Assembly: GCF_006345805.1 (NCBI RefSeq)
Contig: NC_043000.1
Coordinates: 40,114,001 to 40,178,000, forward strand
DNA: 64,000 bases
Source: Octopus sinensis
Taxonomy: Eukaryota
Reading direction: 5' to 3'
Shown: positions 12,864-26,767 of the stretch, piece by piece
How the letters are laid out: each line of letters starts with the position of its first letter
Position numbering within the stretch: the first letter of the stretch is position 1
The notes under the pieces: generated by a model
The model's input: the letters and a program-made list of their open reading frames with translations, nothing else
What the model was told of the DNA's origin: nothing
Databases searched by the model: none
Translations under genes and position numbers: made by a program

Positions 12864-15822
12864 ACAGCAAACATAAGTACCCTACTGGATAGAGAATTAC
12901 AGACAAAACAAACTCAATTACCGTGAAAGAAATATAGATAGGGTCAGTAAAAGGTTAAAAAATACACACATACACACAACATACATACACATACACAAAT
13001 ACGTACATATATATACATACATTCGTGCATATATATATATTCAAGCGTTTATGAATACATTTACTTATAAACAAACATTCATGTCCATTTCTTCGTTCTT
13101 CCAATTCAAAGCGAGAAAGAACCATATGAATTGTTAATGGACACTGATGGAGTGATATTAAGCGTATTAAAAAGTACATTATTTAAACCCACAATTTGGT
13201 TCATATTTTGCCTGTTAGGAATAAGTTTGGTTCATATTCTACCTGTTAGGAATAAGGCATATTCTGCCTTATTTGCCTTTTGAAGGGGGGACCCCCTCCA
13301 AAAACAAAAACAAAAACAATAGCACTAATAATATAGATAAGTGTGAATTAATGGAAAAATTAAAATCAAACATTGGTTAACACACGTTATCATTTTTATT
13401 GTTTCTTTTTATTCTAATTTGAGAAACAAGATAGTTTGTTTCTGACAAGTAGATCTTTGTTATGTTTTTTTTTTTAAAATTACGGCGAAAATACCAGTCA
13501 GCAAAATATCTTTAGGCAAAAACTTCTCACGGGAAAAGTGTGTAGGGGGAAAATAAATGCAGCAAATTGTCTTAAGTCGAAACGTTTACGGCAATAATAT
13601 TTGCCACGAACGTTAAAAACCATATTATATATTCAAAAAGATATATAACAATCGGTTTGCCCGAATCGGTGCCAACTAAATCCCTATCCGTACTATATCA
13701 ATACGATAATGGAATTTAAATAGGATGGAAATAAGAGGGAGAAATAAAGCCCAATGGTATCACTATCATATTAAGTCAAAGAAATGAAGTACGATGAATG
13801 AAAACGTAGAGCGATTGGGCAATATATGTCTCATCGCCTTCGCACTGTTCAGTAAATTCGCAGATACTAATGCAAGCGTTATGATTTGGTAAGGCGTTAC
13901 TGGTTCACTGGATTATGACTTAACAAGAGGCCACGCTTAATGCAACACTAATTACTTCGTTAATATTGTTCTGTGTTGCTTCACAATCAAATACATCTCT
14001 TCATTTATCTTTATCTTTTATTTGTTTCAGTCATTAGACTGCGGCCACGCTGGGGCATCACATTGAAGAATTTTTAGTCGAACGAATCTACTCTATTACT
14101 TCTTTTTTTTAAAAGCCTGATACCTATTCTACCGTTACTCTTGAAGAACCGCCAAGTTACGGGGACGTAACCATCAAGTGATGGTGGGAGACAAACACAG
14201 TCACAATAACACACCCTACATACACATGCACACACATACATATACACACACACACGCATGCGCACGCACACACACACACACACGTGCGCATACACACACA
14301 CACTCACACTCATACACACACTCACACTCACACACACATTACAAATAGCAATTTCATTTCATCTCTCCTCAGTGCACGGGAGTTATCTCTAAAAGTATCT
14401 CTGATCAAATGCCATATTTACCACAAGAAATGGCAACATTTTGCTTATACCATAACTGCTTGGAAGACCGCAACGAACATTGATATCATTAACGAGCTGG
14501 CAGAGTCGTTAGCACGCTGGACGAAAAGCTTAGCAGTATTTCGTCTGTCACTACGTTCTGAGTTCAAATTACGCCGAGTTCGACTTTGCCTTTCATCAAC
14601 TTGGGGTCGAAGAATTAAGCACCAGTGAAACACTGGGGTCGATGTAATCGATTGGACCCCTTCCACCAAATTTCGTGCTTTGTGCCTTTAGTAGAAAGAA
14701 TTATTATACAGCAGGAGAAGGAGGTGAGTGGTTAGAATAGTTAACGCATCGAGAGAGAGAGAGAGAGAGAGAGCAATATAGAGCGGGCAAGAGACGTAGA
14801 GGGAGAGGCAAAGAGAGAGGAAGAGAGAGAGATAAATAGAGAGATAGATAAATAGATAGAGAGTGAGAGAGCTTTTGCATTATCAGACAGCCTGTTTGCT
14901 AGAAGCAGTAGCCAATTCTCCATAAAATTACATTTTTCTGCATAGAGTAAAAAGGACCATTTGAAAAACATGGGTCTAGTAGCAACGTAACTTCAGAAGA
15001 CGGACCAGATTATGGCTGAAATTCCTTTGACCTTTGGTCGGATGAATCATAGCTGAGTCACGTCTAAACAACAACAATGGTGATGGTGTCGACGACAACA
15101 AGAACAACGGCAAACAATAACAACAACGACGACGACGTCAACAACAGCAACAACAACGGCAGCAGCAGCGCTAGCTGGAAATTCAGTGAAATTTGAAATG
15201 ATCTGCAAATCGTTTCAAAAAAATAACAAAAAGTGGTAGTTTTGGTAAAATGATATCATTTTTAAAAAGTTTGGATGAGTTTTGAGTAGGAGAGTGGCAC
15301 GGACTTAAAACCCCCGACTTAACAATGGTGGTTAAGTTGAGGGTTTTAGCTCCAATTTCTAGCAAGTAGGTGCCTCATGTGCCCTTATAATAAATATATA
15401 TTTATTTGTATAGCTATCTAATGCTATTACCTATATTATTATTATTATCAATTATTTATATTTACCGCAGTTAATAACAATATCTATATGAATATTTGTT
15501 TTTGAATATTTACTCCTTACTATATATATATATATATCAACAATTGAGGGTAAAATTAATTAGTTATTAATCAATTTCACCAAGTAGTGTTCAGTATGTA
15601 AAAGGACCATTTAAGGCGAATTCAAAATATTATATTATATAATTAGGGCTTAGTAAAGTAAATTACTTTGCCACATACTGAACTTTCTAGAAATAGCAGC
15701 CAAAAAGTTTTTTAGCCATTTCCACCACTTTAAGAAAATTTCTCTCAGATAATGTTTACTCATAAATAACTCACGAAGGTATGGAGGTAAAAACAGAAAA
15801 ATATCACAAGTACAAAGATCAT

Positions 15823-15883
15823 TTGAGAACGTTAACGTTTCTAGATTAGCCAAATAAACTCAGCATTTCTTTCGTCAGCTCAA
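15823..15883 (-). ncRNA. Type I hammerhead ribozyme (564-nt monomer, inverted copy 1)
   Basis: Exact reverse complement of the 16663-16723 motif. Confidence 0.8.
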
Positions 15884-16662
15884 CATTTCTTAATTTGGAT
15901 TTGGAAGTACTAAAAGGAAGAACATACCCTTCGGCGACGTATCACCTCAGATGAACACGCTCAGACTGCCAGTACTAACAAATTCAAAATGCGCAAGCGA
16001 AGATTCCTGCTCTCTCCCCTTCCACCCACGTGGGTTATCTAGTAAACATGTATTTTAACGGTGAGAACTGAAGCAATAGAACAGAGAGCAATGAATTATA
16101 ATATCAACAATTGAGGGTAAAATTAATTAGTTATTAATCAATTTCACCAAGTAGTGTTCAGTATGTAAAAGGACCATTTAAGGCGAATTCAAAATATTAT
16201 ATTATATAATTAGGGCTTAGTAAAGTAAATTACTTTGCCACATACTGAACTTTCTAGAAATAGCTAAAAAACTTTTTGGCTGCTATTTCTAGAAAGTTCA
16301 GTATGTGGCAAAGTAATTTACTTTACTAAGCCCTAATTATATAATATAATATTTTGAATTCGCCTTAAATGGTCCTTTTACATACTGAACACTACTTGGT
16401 GAAATTGATTAATAACTAATTAATTTTACCCTCAATTGTTGATATTATAATTCATTTCTCTCTGTTCTATTGCTTCGGTTCTCACCGTTAAAATATATGT
16501 TTACTAGATAACCCACGTGGGTGGAAGGGGAGAGAGCAGGAATCTTCGCTTGCGCATTTTGAATTTGTTAGTACTGGCAGTCTGAGCGTGTTCATCTGAG
16601 GTGATACGTCGCCGAAGGGTATGTTCTTCCTTTTAGTGCTTCCAAATCCAAATTAAGAAATG

Positions 16663-16723
16663 TTGAGCTGACGAAAGAAATGCTGAGTTTATTTGGCTAA
16701 TCTAGAAACGTTAACGTTCTCAA
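16663..16723 (+). ncRNA. Type I hammerhead ribozyme (564-nt monomer, copy 2)
   Basis: Stem I TTGAG/CTCAA. Core CTGACGA 16668-16674. Stem II AGA/TCT plus GCTGAG/TTTGGC. GAAA 16705-16708. Palindromic stem III ACGTTAACGT. GUU site, cleavage after 16718. A.A mismatch at 10.1:11.1. Confidence 0.8.
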
Positions 16724-17226
16724 ATGATCTTTGTACTTGTGATATTTTTCTGTTTTACCTCCATACCTTCGTGAGTTATTTATGAGTAAACATTATCTGA
16801 GAGAAATTTTCTTAAAGTGGTGGAAATGGCTAAAAAACTTTTTGGCTGCTATTCTAGAAGTTCAGTATGTGGCAAAGTAATTTACTTTACTAAGCCCTAA
16901 TTATATAATATAATATTTTGAATTCGCCTTAAATGGTCCTTTTACATACTGAACACTACTTGGTAAAATTGATTAATAACTAATTAATTTTACCCTCAAT
17001 TGTTGATATTATAATTCATTGCTCTCTGTTCTATTGCTTCGGTTCTCACCGTTAAAATATATGTTTACTAGATAACCCACGTGGGTGGAAGGGGAGAGAG
17101 CAGGAATCTTCGCTTGCGCATTTTGAATTTGTTAGTACTGGCAGTCTGAGCGTGTTCATCTGAGGTGATACGTCGCCGAAGGGTATGTTCTTCCTTTTAG
17201 TACTTCCAAATCCAAATTAAGAAATG

Positions 17227-17287
17227 TTGAGCTGACGAAAGAAATGCTGAGTTTATTTGGCTAATCTAGAAACGTTAACGTTCTCAA
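17227..17287 (+). ncRNA. Type I hammerhead ribozyme (564-nt monomer, copy 3)
   Basis: Identical to 16663-16723; cleavage after 17282. Confidence 0.8.
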
Positions 17288-17473
17288 ATGATCTTTGTAC
17301 TTGTGATATTTTTCTGTTTTACCTCCATACCTTCGTGAGTTATTTATGAGTAAACATTATCTGAGAGAAATTTTCCTAAAGTGGTGGAAATGGGTAAAAA
17401 ACTTTTTGGCTGCTATTTCTAGAAAGTTCAGTATGTGGCAAAGTAATTTACTTTACTAAGCCCTAATTATATA

Positions 17474-17565
<92 letters not shown>

Positions 17566-17827
17566 TATGTATATATACACACACTTACACTCACACACAT
17601 ATATATATATACACGTATATATATAAATGTATGCGTATTTTTTCAATGTTTGAAATAACACGGAAAAAATAAATAACTAGTTACTAGCGTAGCAAAAATT
17701 CACACAAGTACCAAGGATGTAACAGCCTACTTATAAAGGTAGAAATTCTGGATTTTGGTGAAATGTTTTTGTATAACATAGAGAAATAAATAAATGGAGT
17801 TAAACGCAGTTGTTATTCAAATCTTTT

Positions 17828-17919
17828 TACTTCCAACATATGTTTCAAAGAAAACATTGGTATTATTCCAGAAGGAATAAAATTGTGTAAAACAATGCAA
17901 CCTTCTCATCAGGGAAACA
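17828..17919 (-). ncRNA. Type I hammerhead ribozyme with extended stem-loop II
   Basis: Minus strand reads TGTTTCC-CTGATGA-GAAGG-(49 nt)-TCTTT-GAAA-CATAT-GTT-GGAAGTA. Stem I 7 bp, stem II 5 bp, palindromic stem III ACATATGT. Confidence 0.8.
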
Positions 17920-18598
17920 GAGAAACCAGACACATCAATAAGACATTTTAACAGAATGTGATGACTGCGTATATGATGAGGGGAACGATAGCAAGTTTAA
18001 AAAAAAACGATAGTAGATATAACGTCAAAGGTAGTTCATAGAAAGAGAAGGAGAAAGAAAGAAAGAAAGGAAGAAGAAAGAAAGGAAGAAAGAAAGAAAG
18101 AAAGAAATTAGTGGAAAACTAATAGAGCGATATGTGAATAGGAATAAAGCTTAAAGTCATGGAAGTAGATATATTTAGTGGAAGTGAAATGTAAGGAGAC
18201 AGTAAAAGGTCGAATTTTATAGAATGGTAGAAATCATGTATAGGAACTAAAGGTATGTTTTTGCCAATGTTTGCAACGATAAACGCGTTCTATAAGCGTA
18301 TTTACAAGAGGATTCTCTGAGAAAAGGAGGAAATGCATTTCACTGTTAAAAAGCGGATAAAAAGATTTACCTTTATCATACGGAAAAGATATAGATAGAA
18401 TATTCCATTCCAAATCAAATTGTTTATTATGATCCTTTAGATACTAAATTAATTTACTGACCTCAGTATTGTTACGTGTATATACATGTATATACGCATG
18501 TATATATACATACACACATGCATATATGTATGTACGTGTGTAAGTATGTATCTCTCCCTCTGTATGTATATATATATATATATAATATATATATATAT

Positions 18599-18648
<50 letters not shown>

Positions 18649-18835
18649 AGTAAGAGAAGAAAACGAAAGAAATACGAAGGAAGGAGGAAACGATGATGCG
18701 AGGGAGGTTGAACTAAAACGAAAATAGAAAGAGACACTGATGAATTGAACTAGAGGAGAGGGAATGAAGTATTACTTCTAACATAAGTAGTTGAGAATAT
18801 ACCAACGTTATTTCTTTTGTTCAATAATATAAACC

Positions 18836-18891
<56 letters not shown>

Positions 18892-19616
18892 AAACACATA
18901 CACAAACACATACACACACACATGCGTAGACACATATCACATATGCATAGAAGTAAAGAGAAACTTGAGTGTATGTAGATAAAGTATACACACAAACAAA
19001 GAGCAAAGTGAAATCAACAGTTAGAAAGAAAAATAGAAAGATAGATTTGAAAAAGAAGTTTGAAAAGAAAGATTAATAGAATGAGACAAAGAGAGGGAGA
19101 GAGTGAGAAGGAGAGAGAGGGGGAGAGAGAGCATGTGGTGTCGTATAATAAACGTCCTTAGTTACTGTCCGTGAGAAAATGTTATTCTGTTAAACTAAAT
19201 CCATCAACTGCCGCCATTGCAATAACTGTTTACATAAAACTGTCGGCCATGTTGCTTTGTGATAAACGATGCCTTCTCTTTTGCCCTATCCTCTATCTGT
19301 CTTATATTTAAAAAACAATTTCTTTTCACTTACAAATTCAACTGATAATAGTTTCGAGTCCAGGAGAAGCAGTCATTTAGTCACTTGACCTATTAAAAAT
19401 AGCAAACAATTTCCCTCAAATTACTCTTTATCGTCATGATAAAGCAGGAACGCATTCGATAATGCAGTGTTAAACGAGCAATGATTCAGTTAAGGAAGAG
19501 GTAGTCATGACTAAACCGTTAACATACAGTTTACAGTCGTAAAAAAAAAAAAAAAGCGAAATAAATTGTTCGTAAAAATGAAAGTATATTTGCTAAAGAA
19601 ATCGGAAGTGACGATG

Positions 19617-20837
19617 CGAGAGTGGGCTGAAAAGTTCATAGGCTGCCTATGAAGGAATGATGCCAGAGTCCTGAAATCATGGCTGCATTAATTTCAGCTT
19701 TTCTTATTAATAACTGCATTGTTTCTTTCTGGGTAAATTGATATCTGACTGTTCAAAGAACACTTCAAGAGTAACTAGTAGCGACTTCTCTCGAAAATAG
19801 ACAAAATTTGGCATCGTCGTGTTATCAAGGACCTGCAGAAAAACGGTTTAGCCTCCAACGACATTCATGCTGACATTGTTGCTACACTAGGGGATAATAT
19901 TCCAGCTTTATCAACAGTGTAAAAGTGGGCAGCTGAATTTCGGAGGGGAAGAGAAAGTTTTGAAGATGACCCAACGTCTGGATGTTCTGCAACTGCTACC
20001 ACCGAGGAAAACTGCGATCGTGTTCATCACATGGTGATCGATGACAGGTGATTGACAATAAATCAAGCAGCCAATGCAGCTAGCATTCCTCGTGGGAGAG
20101 TTGAGAATATTCTGCACAATGAACTTGACATGAAGGTTTGTGTTTAGTGGGTGCCACGTCTTCTGACATCTGATTAATAGTGCACCAGGCTGATCATACC
20201 ACGGGAATATCTGACACTGTTTGGGGCAGACCCATTTGGTTTCCTTGAATGTTTCCTAACCCAAGATGAGTGCTGGGCTCATCACTTTGAGCTAGAGACA
20301 AAGAGACAACCCATGAAGTGGAAACACCCCCTCCGCACTTGCTCCAAGGATATCCAAGGTCGTTTCATCTACAGGGAAAATGACAGCCTCATGATTTTGG
20401 GATATAAAAGGCATTTTATTTATTGACTATATGCAAAAGAGTCACGCTATGAATGAAGAGTACTATGCCAACTTGTTGAGGTAGTTACGTGGACAATACT
20501 CTCATGTGGACAATGCTCCGACACACAACTCCTTGATTTCAGTGGCTGCTGTGCCTGAAATTGTTGGTTACCCTCGCTATTCTCCTGATTTGACTAACAT
20601 CTGTTCCCCAACATGAAAAACACTTAGCTAGTAACTAATTTCGCAATAATAATGACGGCATATCTGCTGTTGCTTCTAGTTTACTTTTGAAGTTTTCTTT
20701 GAGCATTGAGATTTCAGTTTACCTGGAAGGAAACAGCGTGGTTATTAGTAAAAATGTTGAAATTAATGCTTGCAAAATTTCACAGCTCTGGCGTCATTCA
20801 TTCATAGTCAGCCAATGAACTTTTCAGCTCACCCTCG
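19617..20837 (+). mobile_element. Full-length degenerate mariner (DD34D-type) transposon
   Basis: ~37-bp TIRs (CGAGAGTGGGCTGAAAAGTTCATAGGCTG / CAGCCAATGAACTTTTCAGCTCACCCTCG). Length 1.22 kb. Remnants KWAAEFRRGRESFEDD, WVPRLLT, TQDECW, HVDNAPTH, YSPDL, with multiple stops. Confidence 0.9.
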
Positions 20838-21635
20838 TTATGATACACCAAAATTTTATAAAATGTTTGACATCCGGTGGGCGGACTTCCTTGTGAGGGA
20901 CTCCGCAATTCCTTTATTGATTGCCCACCACCCACCCAATTTTGTTGATCTAAACGGTGATAGCATCCATACACAGACTACAGAAGGGCGATGGATGTTT
21001 ACCACGAAGAAACATAGGCGATAATATGGGACTATCGATGCTTAATTAATTTACATGATATCGTTGTGAGCTTGTGCGCCGAAACAGATTTAAAGATCAT
21101 GACAAACTATTCACGAATCTCACATCATATGTCAGTGACTAATGTTTTTTCATGAACGCTATTGCTTTCATTTTACGTTAAATACATGTGTGGGCTTCAT
21201 GTTACATTAAATATATCTAACTTACATTGTTTGTCAGATACGTTGTTTACATGATATTACGGAATGAACTTGTTACTTCCATTTCTGTTGCAGTTTACTT
21301 TCATTTCTTAAGGACAGTTTACTTTCACTTTTCAACGGTAAACTACATATTAACACAAATATTTTCTTTTGTGCAGTCGAGGCTGACCTATAGTTTACGA
21401 GACAGCCACAACACGGTCATTCGATCCGTTAGAAATAACTGTTAAATCTCAGAAAAGGAAGCAATTTCTGTCGACAGGTGCACCACATAATTTCATTAAT
21501 TGTCTTCTCACACAGAGCCTCGGATTGACTAGTGCTCTGTCAGTGGAATTAGGTAGACACAAACTGTGGCAGCCCCTAATACATACATACATACATACAT
21601 ACATACATACATACATACATACATACATACATACA

Positions 21636-21692
<57 letters not shown>

Positions 21693-22259
21693 GTATATAT
21701 ATATATACATACACTTACACATACATGCACAATCACATACACACATTTACACACTCATTTATACATACTCACACACAGACACGTAAATGAGGGTCAACCT
21801 TAGTGAAGTACATATCGCACTGATGAGAAGTGAATGACGCTCTATAACTAGAAAGAATAGCGAAGAGTTTGAGAGAAATCGATTCGTTATCATATAGTGA
21901 AAGGTAGTGACCGTCAGCTGAATTCTGTATATAGGCGCAGGTGTAGCTTTGTGGTAAGAAGTTTGCTTCCCAACCACATGGTTCTGTGTTCAATCCCACT
22001 ACGTGGCCCCTTGGGCAAGTGTCTTCTACGATAGCCTCGGGCCGATCAACGCCTTGTGAGTCGATTTGATAGACGGAAACTGAAAGAATCCGTCGTGTAT
22101 ATATATATGTCTCTCCCTCTCTCTCATTCTTCACTCTCTCTCTCCCCCTCTCTCATTCTTCATGGTTCCTCACAACCATTCCCCTTCTTCTCTCCCTTTC
22201 TTTTGCTCCTCTTCCCCCCTCCCGTCGTTGACCCGCGACGAGACTTCCGCTACTGTCTT

Positions 22260-22700
22260 TCTAGCCTAACCCTCTCGAGGTGTGGACGGCAATTCTTTTT
22301 GCTCCGTTCGTCGTTCACAAAAAAATCCGCATTCGTAATACATTTTTTTCGTTCGGCGTTAACAGCCCTTCTTATCTTGTTTTTCCTTGTCCTGTCTTTT
22401 ACTGTTTATAATTTGTACTGTCGTTACTGTCCTGTTTTTGTCACCATTTTTTACCCCTCTGCGAAAAGATCTCAAAATTTTAATTGATTTGCTTTTCGCA
22501 GGAAGGAAAGTTTCTTGTCGAAGATACGTCTCGCTTTCACCTTCGAAACGTAGATTAGATGAAACCATAGCGACTGAAGAAGGGTTTTTTCTTTGTGTTA
22601 ATTGTCCTGTACTCTATTTTTTTGTTGTTTAAAAAAATGTCCAGTTCTATGTTTTCGTTTCTCATTGTGTTCGACGTATTTTTGGTGTCCTGTACTCATA
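22260..22700 (+). repeat. Unclassified dispersed repeat (also 26820-27140 plus, 57715-57960 minus)
   Basis: Shared blocks GTCCTGTTTTTG..ACCCCT..GCAAAA..AAATTT, TCGAAA..GTAGA..ACTGA(T/A)GA, TTCTTT(A/G)TGTT. Confidence 0.6.
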
Positions 22701-22801
22701 TATGCGTGTATATGTACATGTAGAGGTAGGTACGTACATATATGTTTATATATATGCATATGTTTTATTTATTAATATATATATATATATACTTCTACTT
22801 T

Positions 22802-23968
22802 ACAGCAATATCCTAATTAAGACCAACTCTAGTAACGGTAATGTTGAAACTGAGAGGAACATAATGGAGAGCATCCAGCAAGTAGCTAACTCCATCCACC
22901 AAAGTATCAAGGTAACTATAGATTACCCCACTAGGCACCCAAACAATATAGACGCCCTGTCCTTGATACTGAACTTTGGTTAGAGACAGCGAAGAATAGA
23001 ATGCAGCTCCTCCACTCCTGTTACATAAAACCCATAGCTTCGAAATATGTTATTCACAAGAACTCAGTTTTGTCACACAATATGAAAATTAACATACTGA
23101 TTGCAGACTTATTTAGGATAATGAACAATTTAGGATAATAATAGTGTCCCCACTATGTAAAACCCTATGAAACGAAGTATACAGGGGTGCTAGAAAGAAG
23201 TTAGATAACATTTTCTTGATCAAAGTTTTGTGCAATCGGGGCTGACCTATAGTTACGATAGCCATAATACGGTCACTCGATCCGCTAGAAATAACTGCTA
23301 AATCTCAGAAAAGGAAACAATTTCTGCCGATGGGTCCACCACATAATTCCAGTGGTACCTGCCCTAGATATAGAAGCAAAGACCGGAACAGAATACAAAG
23401 AGCTTGTGACAAAGCAAATAAGGTGAACACGTGGTATAAAACTTACAAATATCAAGGAGCGATGTTTGTAGAGGCCACAACACATGGAGAACTAGCCCGT
23501 AGATTTAGGAAAGCTCTGAAGGATACCAAACTGAACATTAAGTTAGTTGAAAAGCCAGGGAACTCCACCAGATCACAACTATGTGGGACGTACCCCTTTG
23601 AGAATACCATATGCACCAATGATAACTGCATGGTATGTATTATTAGCCCTAGCATTAACTGTTGAAACAGAAATGTAGTCTACAGCATAGGATGCATAGA
23701 AGGTGCTTGTAAAGACATGAACTTGATATGCATAGGGGAGACATCTAGGAGTATTGCAGAAAGAATAAATGACCATTTGAGACAATATGACGACAAAAAA
23801 CAGTCCTCCATACTCTACCAACATGCCAAGGACCAACATGAAAGCAACCTGGGTCAACTTGACATCCGCATTTTATCCAAGCTCCCAAATGACCCAACCC
23901 TCAGACAAATACAAGAGTACGTCCTCATAAATAAAACATCCCCACTACTAAATAGGAAATATAGGTAG
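22802..23968 (+). mobile_element. Penelope-like element relic (Neptune-like): RT C-terminus, Cys-rich linker, GIY-YIG endonuclease
   Basis: Translations IQQVANSIHQSIKVTIDYPT, YIKPIASKYVIHKNS..KINILIADL, MFVEATTHGELARR..IKLVEKPG..CTNDNCMVC..NC*NRNVVYSIGC, CIGETSRSIAERINDH..LYQHAKDQH..NDPTLRQIQE match PLE motifs. Stops present, and a SINE-tail insertion at ~23237-23330. Confidence 0.88.
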
Positions 23969-25507
23969 TAGGTAATCATATCCCTATACCCACAGTTAAT
24001 ATTTATATACAGGTAGAATAGTTAGTGGGCTGTTATGTAGATGTATGTGTGTGTGTGTGTGTGTGTGTGTATGCATATGTATATGGATATGAACATGTGT
24101 GTAGGCAAATTGATATGAATGTAAGCAGATAGACATACAGACGGATAGGTACATAGGTAATATGAACAGACAAGCACACATACACACACATACGCAAATG
24201 AAGACTGAAACACATGACCTTATACATACACACTTCACTTTACACAAGGACACATATGGAGACACACATCCATACATACAGACATAGTACATAGTCACAA
24301 AAATCCACCCATCCCACACACACTAGGGGACAGAGGTACACACTCACACACATAAAAACACACAAACACAAAAACACAAATATGCAGAATACATACAAAC
24401 GTACACACATACATACATATGTGTATGCGCACACACATGCATGCATGTATACATACATACATAATACATACATACATACATACATACATACATACATACA
24501 TACATACATACATACATACATACATACATACATACATACATGTGTATGCGCACACACACTCACCCACACATGCGCACAAACAAAAAGAACGCAGCTCGGA
24601 TAACAGACAGAGTCAACGATTATTGAAAAGGTTGCAAGACGCAAAATAAATAAGTAAATGAGTGGAAACTCCCGTTTAGTGTGTTAAATAATAAGATATT
24701 AAAAGAGAATTACTCTCCCCAGACACAACAAAATATGCTTCAAAACACGAACTCACATAAAGAATCTTGCAAACCAAATCCAAAACCGAAATATGTGTGT
24801 GTGTGTGTGTGTATCTGTGTCTGTCTACATGTGTCTGTATGTGTGTTTGTCCCCCACCACCGCTTGAGAACCAGTGTTGGTGTGTTTACATTCCTATAAC
24901 ATAGCGGTTCGGCATAAGAAACCGATAAGATAAATACCAGGCTTAACAGAAGAAAACAAGTACTGGTGTCGATGCATTCGACTAAAAATTCTTCAAGGCG
25001 GTGCCCCAATATAGCCGCGGACTAGTGACTGAAAGAAGTAAAACCTGAAAGGTAAAAGGTATGTGCACGGTTTTGTGTATTGTGTGAAATAGTTGTCAGT
25101 GCCTTTTAAATCCTATTGTGATCGTTTCTTTTATTTGTGTTCTGAGCGTCTCTAAGATAGACAGATAGATAGGTAGGTAGATAGGAAGATATGTAGATGG
25201 ATAGACAGGTACACAGATAGACACATAGACAGACAAAGAAAGAAACAGACAGACGGATAGATAGATAGATAGGTACATAGGCAGACAAGTATATGCGTGT
25301 ATGTACGTACGTACATTATGTATGTATGTATGTATGTATGTATGTATGTATGTATTTATGTATGTATGTATGTATGTATGTATGTATGTATCTGTCTATC
25401 TATCTATTGGAAAAGAGAAAGTGAATCAGGAAGGTGAAAGAAACAGAATATATATAGACATGGGCTGGGCCTATACTGGCCGAAACCTATAAAAGTTATC
25501 ACAGTTT

Positions 25508-25558
<51 letters not shown>

Positions 25559-25575
25559 ATATATATATATTATAT

Positions 25576-25617
<42 letters not shown>

Positions 25618-25944
25618 CGATATGCACATTCTTACGTACGAACATACATTTATACAGAAATACAAATATAAATATATTTGTGTGTGCTTGTGTGTGTGTT
25701 TGCATGAATGTATGTGTGATTATATAAATGTGGTGTGTGTGTATGTGTGTGTGTGCATGTGTGTGTGTGTGTCTGGTGTATATTTTCTTCAGAGTGGAAG
25801 TGAAAGAAAGTGACACAATACAAGATATTTCAAAATATTTCATACATGAATACATGTATACAATATCGAAAAAAGGTGCTCCTAAACACAATTCATTTGC
25901 TTATAATACAACCCACACATTATATATATAATATATAATATATA

Positions 25945-25983
<39 letters not shown>

Positions 25984-26714
25984 GTATGTATGTTGTGAAT
26001 GCCTATTCGTGTACTTAGTCTTGCAAAATAACTTGCCCGGTGACTTTAGCTTAATAAAATTTCCCATATTGAATTTCTCTAATATACTTTAAATATAAAA
26101 GGAGTTATTGTTATGCATTGGTATGCGCGTTTGTATATGTATATATGCATATATTTATAGATGCACATATGTATATATGAATAAATATATTAGATTTATG
26201 TATGCGCATCTGTGGGTACGAGCATAAAATTGATGTTTGAGTGTGTGTGTGTGTGTGTACAGGCAGGGCTATGTTGTTAAGGAGCTCGTTTCGCGACAAC
26301 ATGGTTTCGGTTCAGTCCCACTGTGTTAGATACCTTGGACAAACGTCTTCAGCTACAATCCCGAGCCAACCAACACCTTAAGAGCGAATTCAGTGGGCAG
26401 AAACAGTGGAAGGCGACGAACTTGCAGAAAGGTTATCACGCAGGGCGAAATGCTTAGCGGTATTTTTCGCCTGCCGTTACGTCCTGAGTTCGAATTCCTT
26501 CGAGGTCGACTTTACCTTTCATCCTTTCGGGGTCGATAAATTAAGTACAAGTTACGTACTGGGGTCGATGTAATGACTTAATCCCTTTGTCTGTCCTTGT
26601 TTGTCCCCTCTATGTTTAGCCCCTAGTGGGCAATAAAGAAATAAGAAACTGTGGAAGCCCGTCGTATGTATTATTATATATTATCTCATATTATGTTATA
26701 TATTTTATATTATA

Positions 26715-26767
<53 letters not shown>

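Larger units (their letters stand above)
15535..17467 (+). mobile_element. Retrozyme-like tandem array, ~564-567 nt monomer with one type I HHR per monomer; ~2.1 sense copies (16262-17467) preceded by ~1.3 inverted copies (15535-16264)
   Basis: Near-identical monomers (TCAACAATTGAGGG at 15537 and 16104; HHR cleavage sites 16718 and 17282). Fold-back junction at ~16264. (TA)n at both ends. No meaningful ORF. Confidence 0.8.

Noticed and set aside
15535-17467. Missed-adapter long-read artefact as the explanation for the arrays
   Set aside because: That artefact gives alternating orientations, not head-to-tail units with one ribozyme each and microhomology junctions. It is not excluded without raw reads, and homopolymer indels in the 34-kb copies may be sequencing error.
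25455-25500. GGCC-TATACT-GGCC-GAAAC hairpin
   Set aside because: No CUGANGA core or cleavage site.
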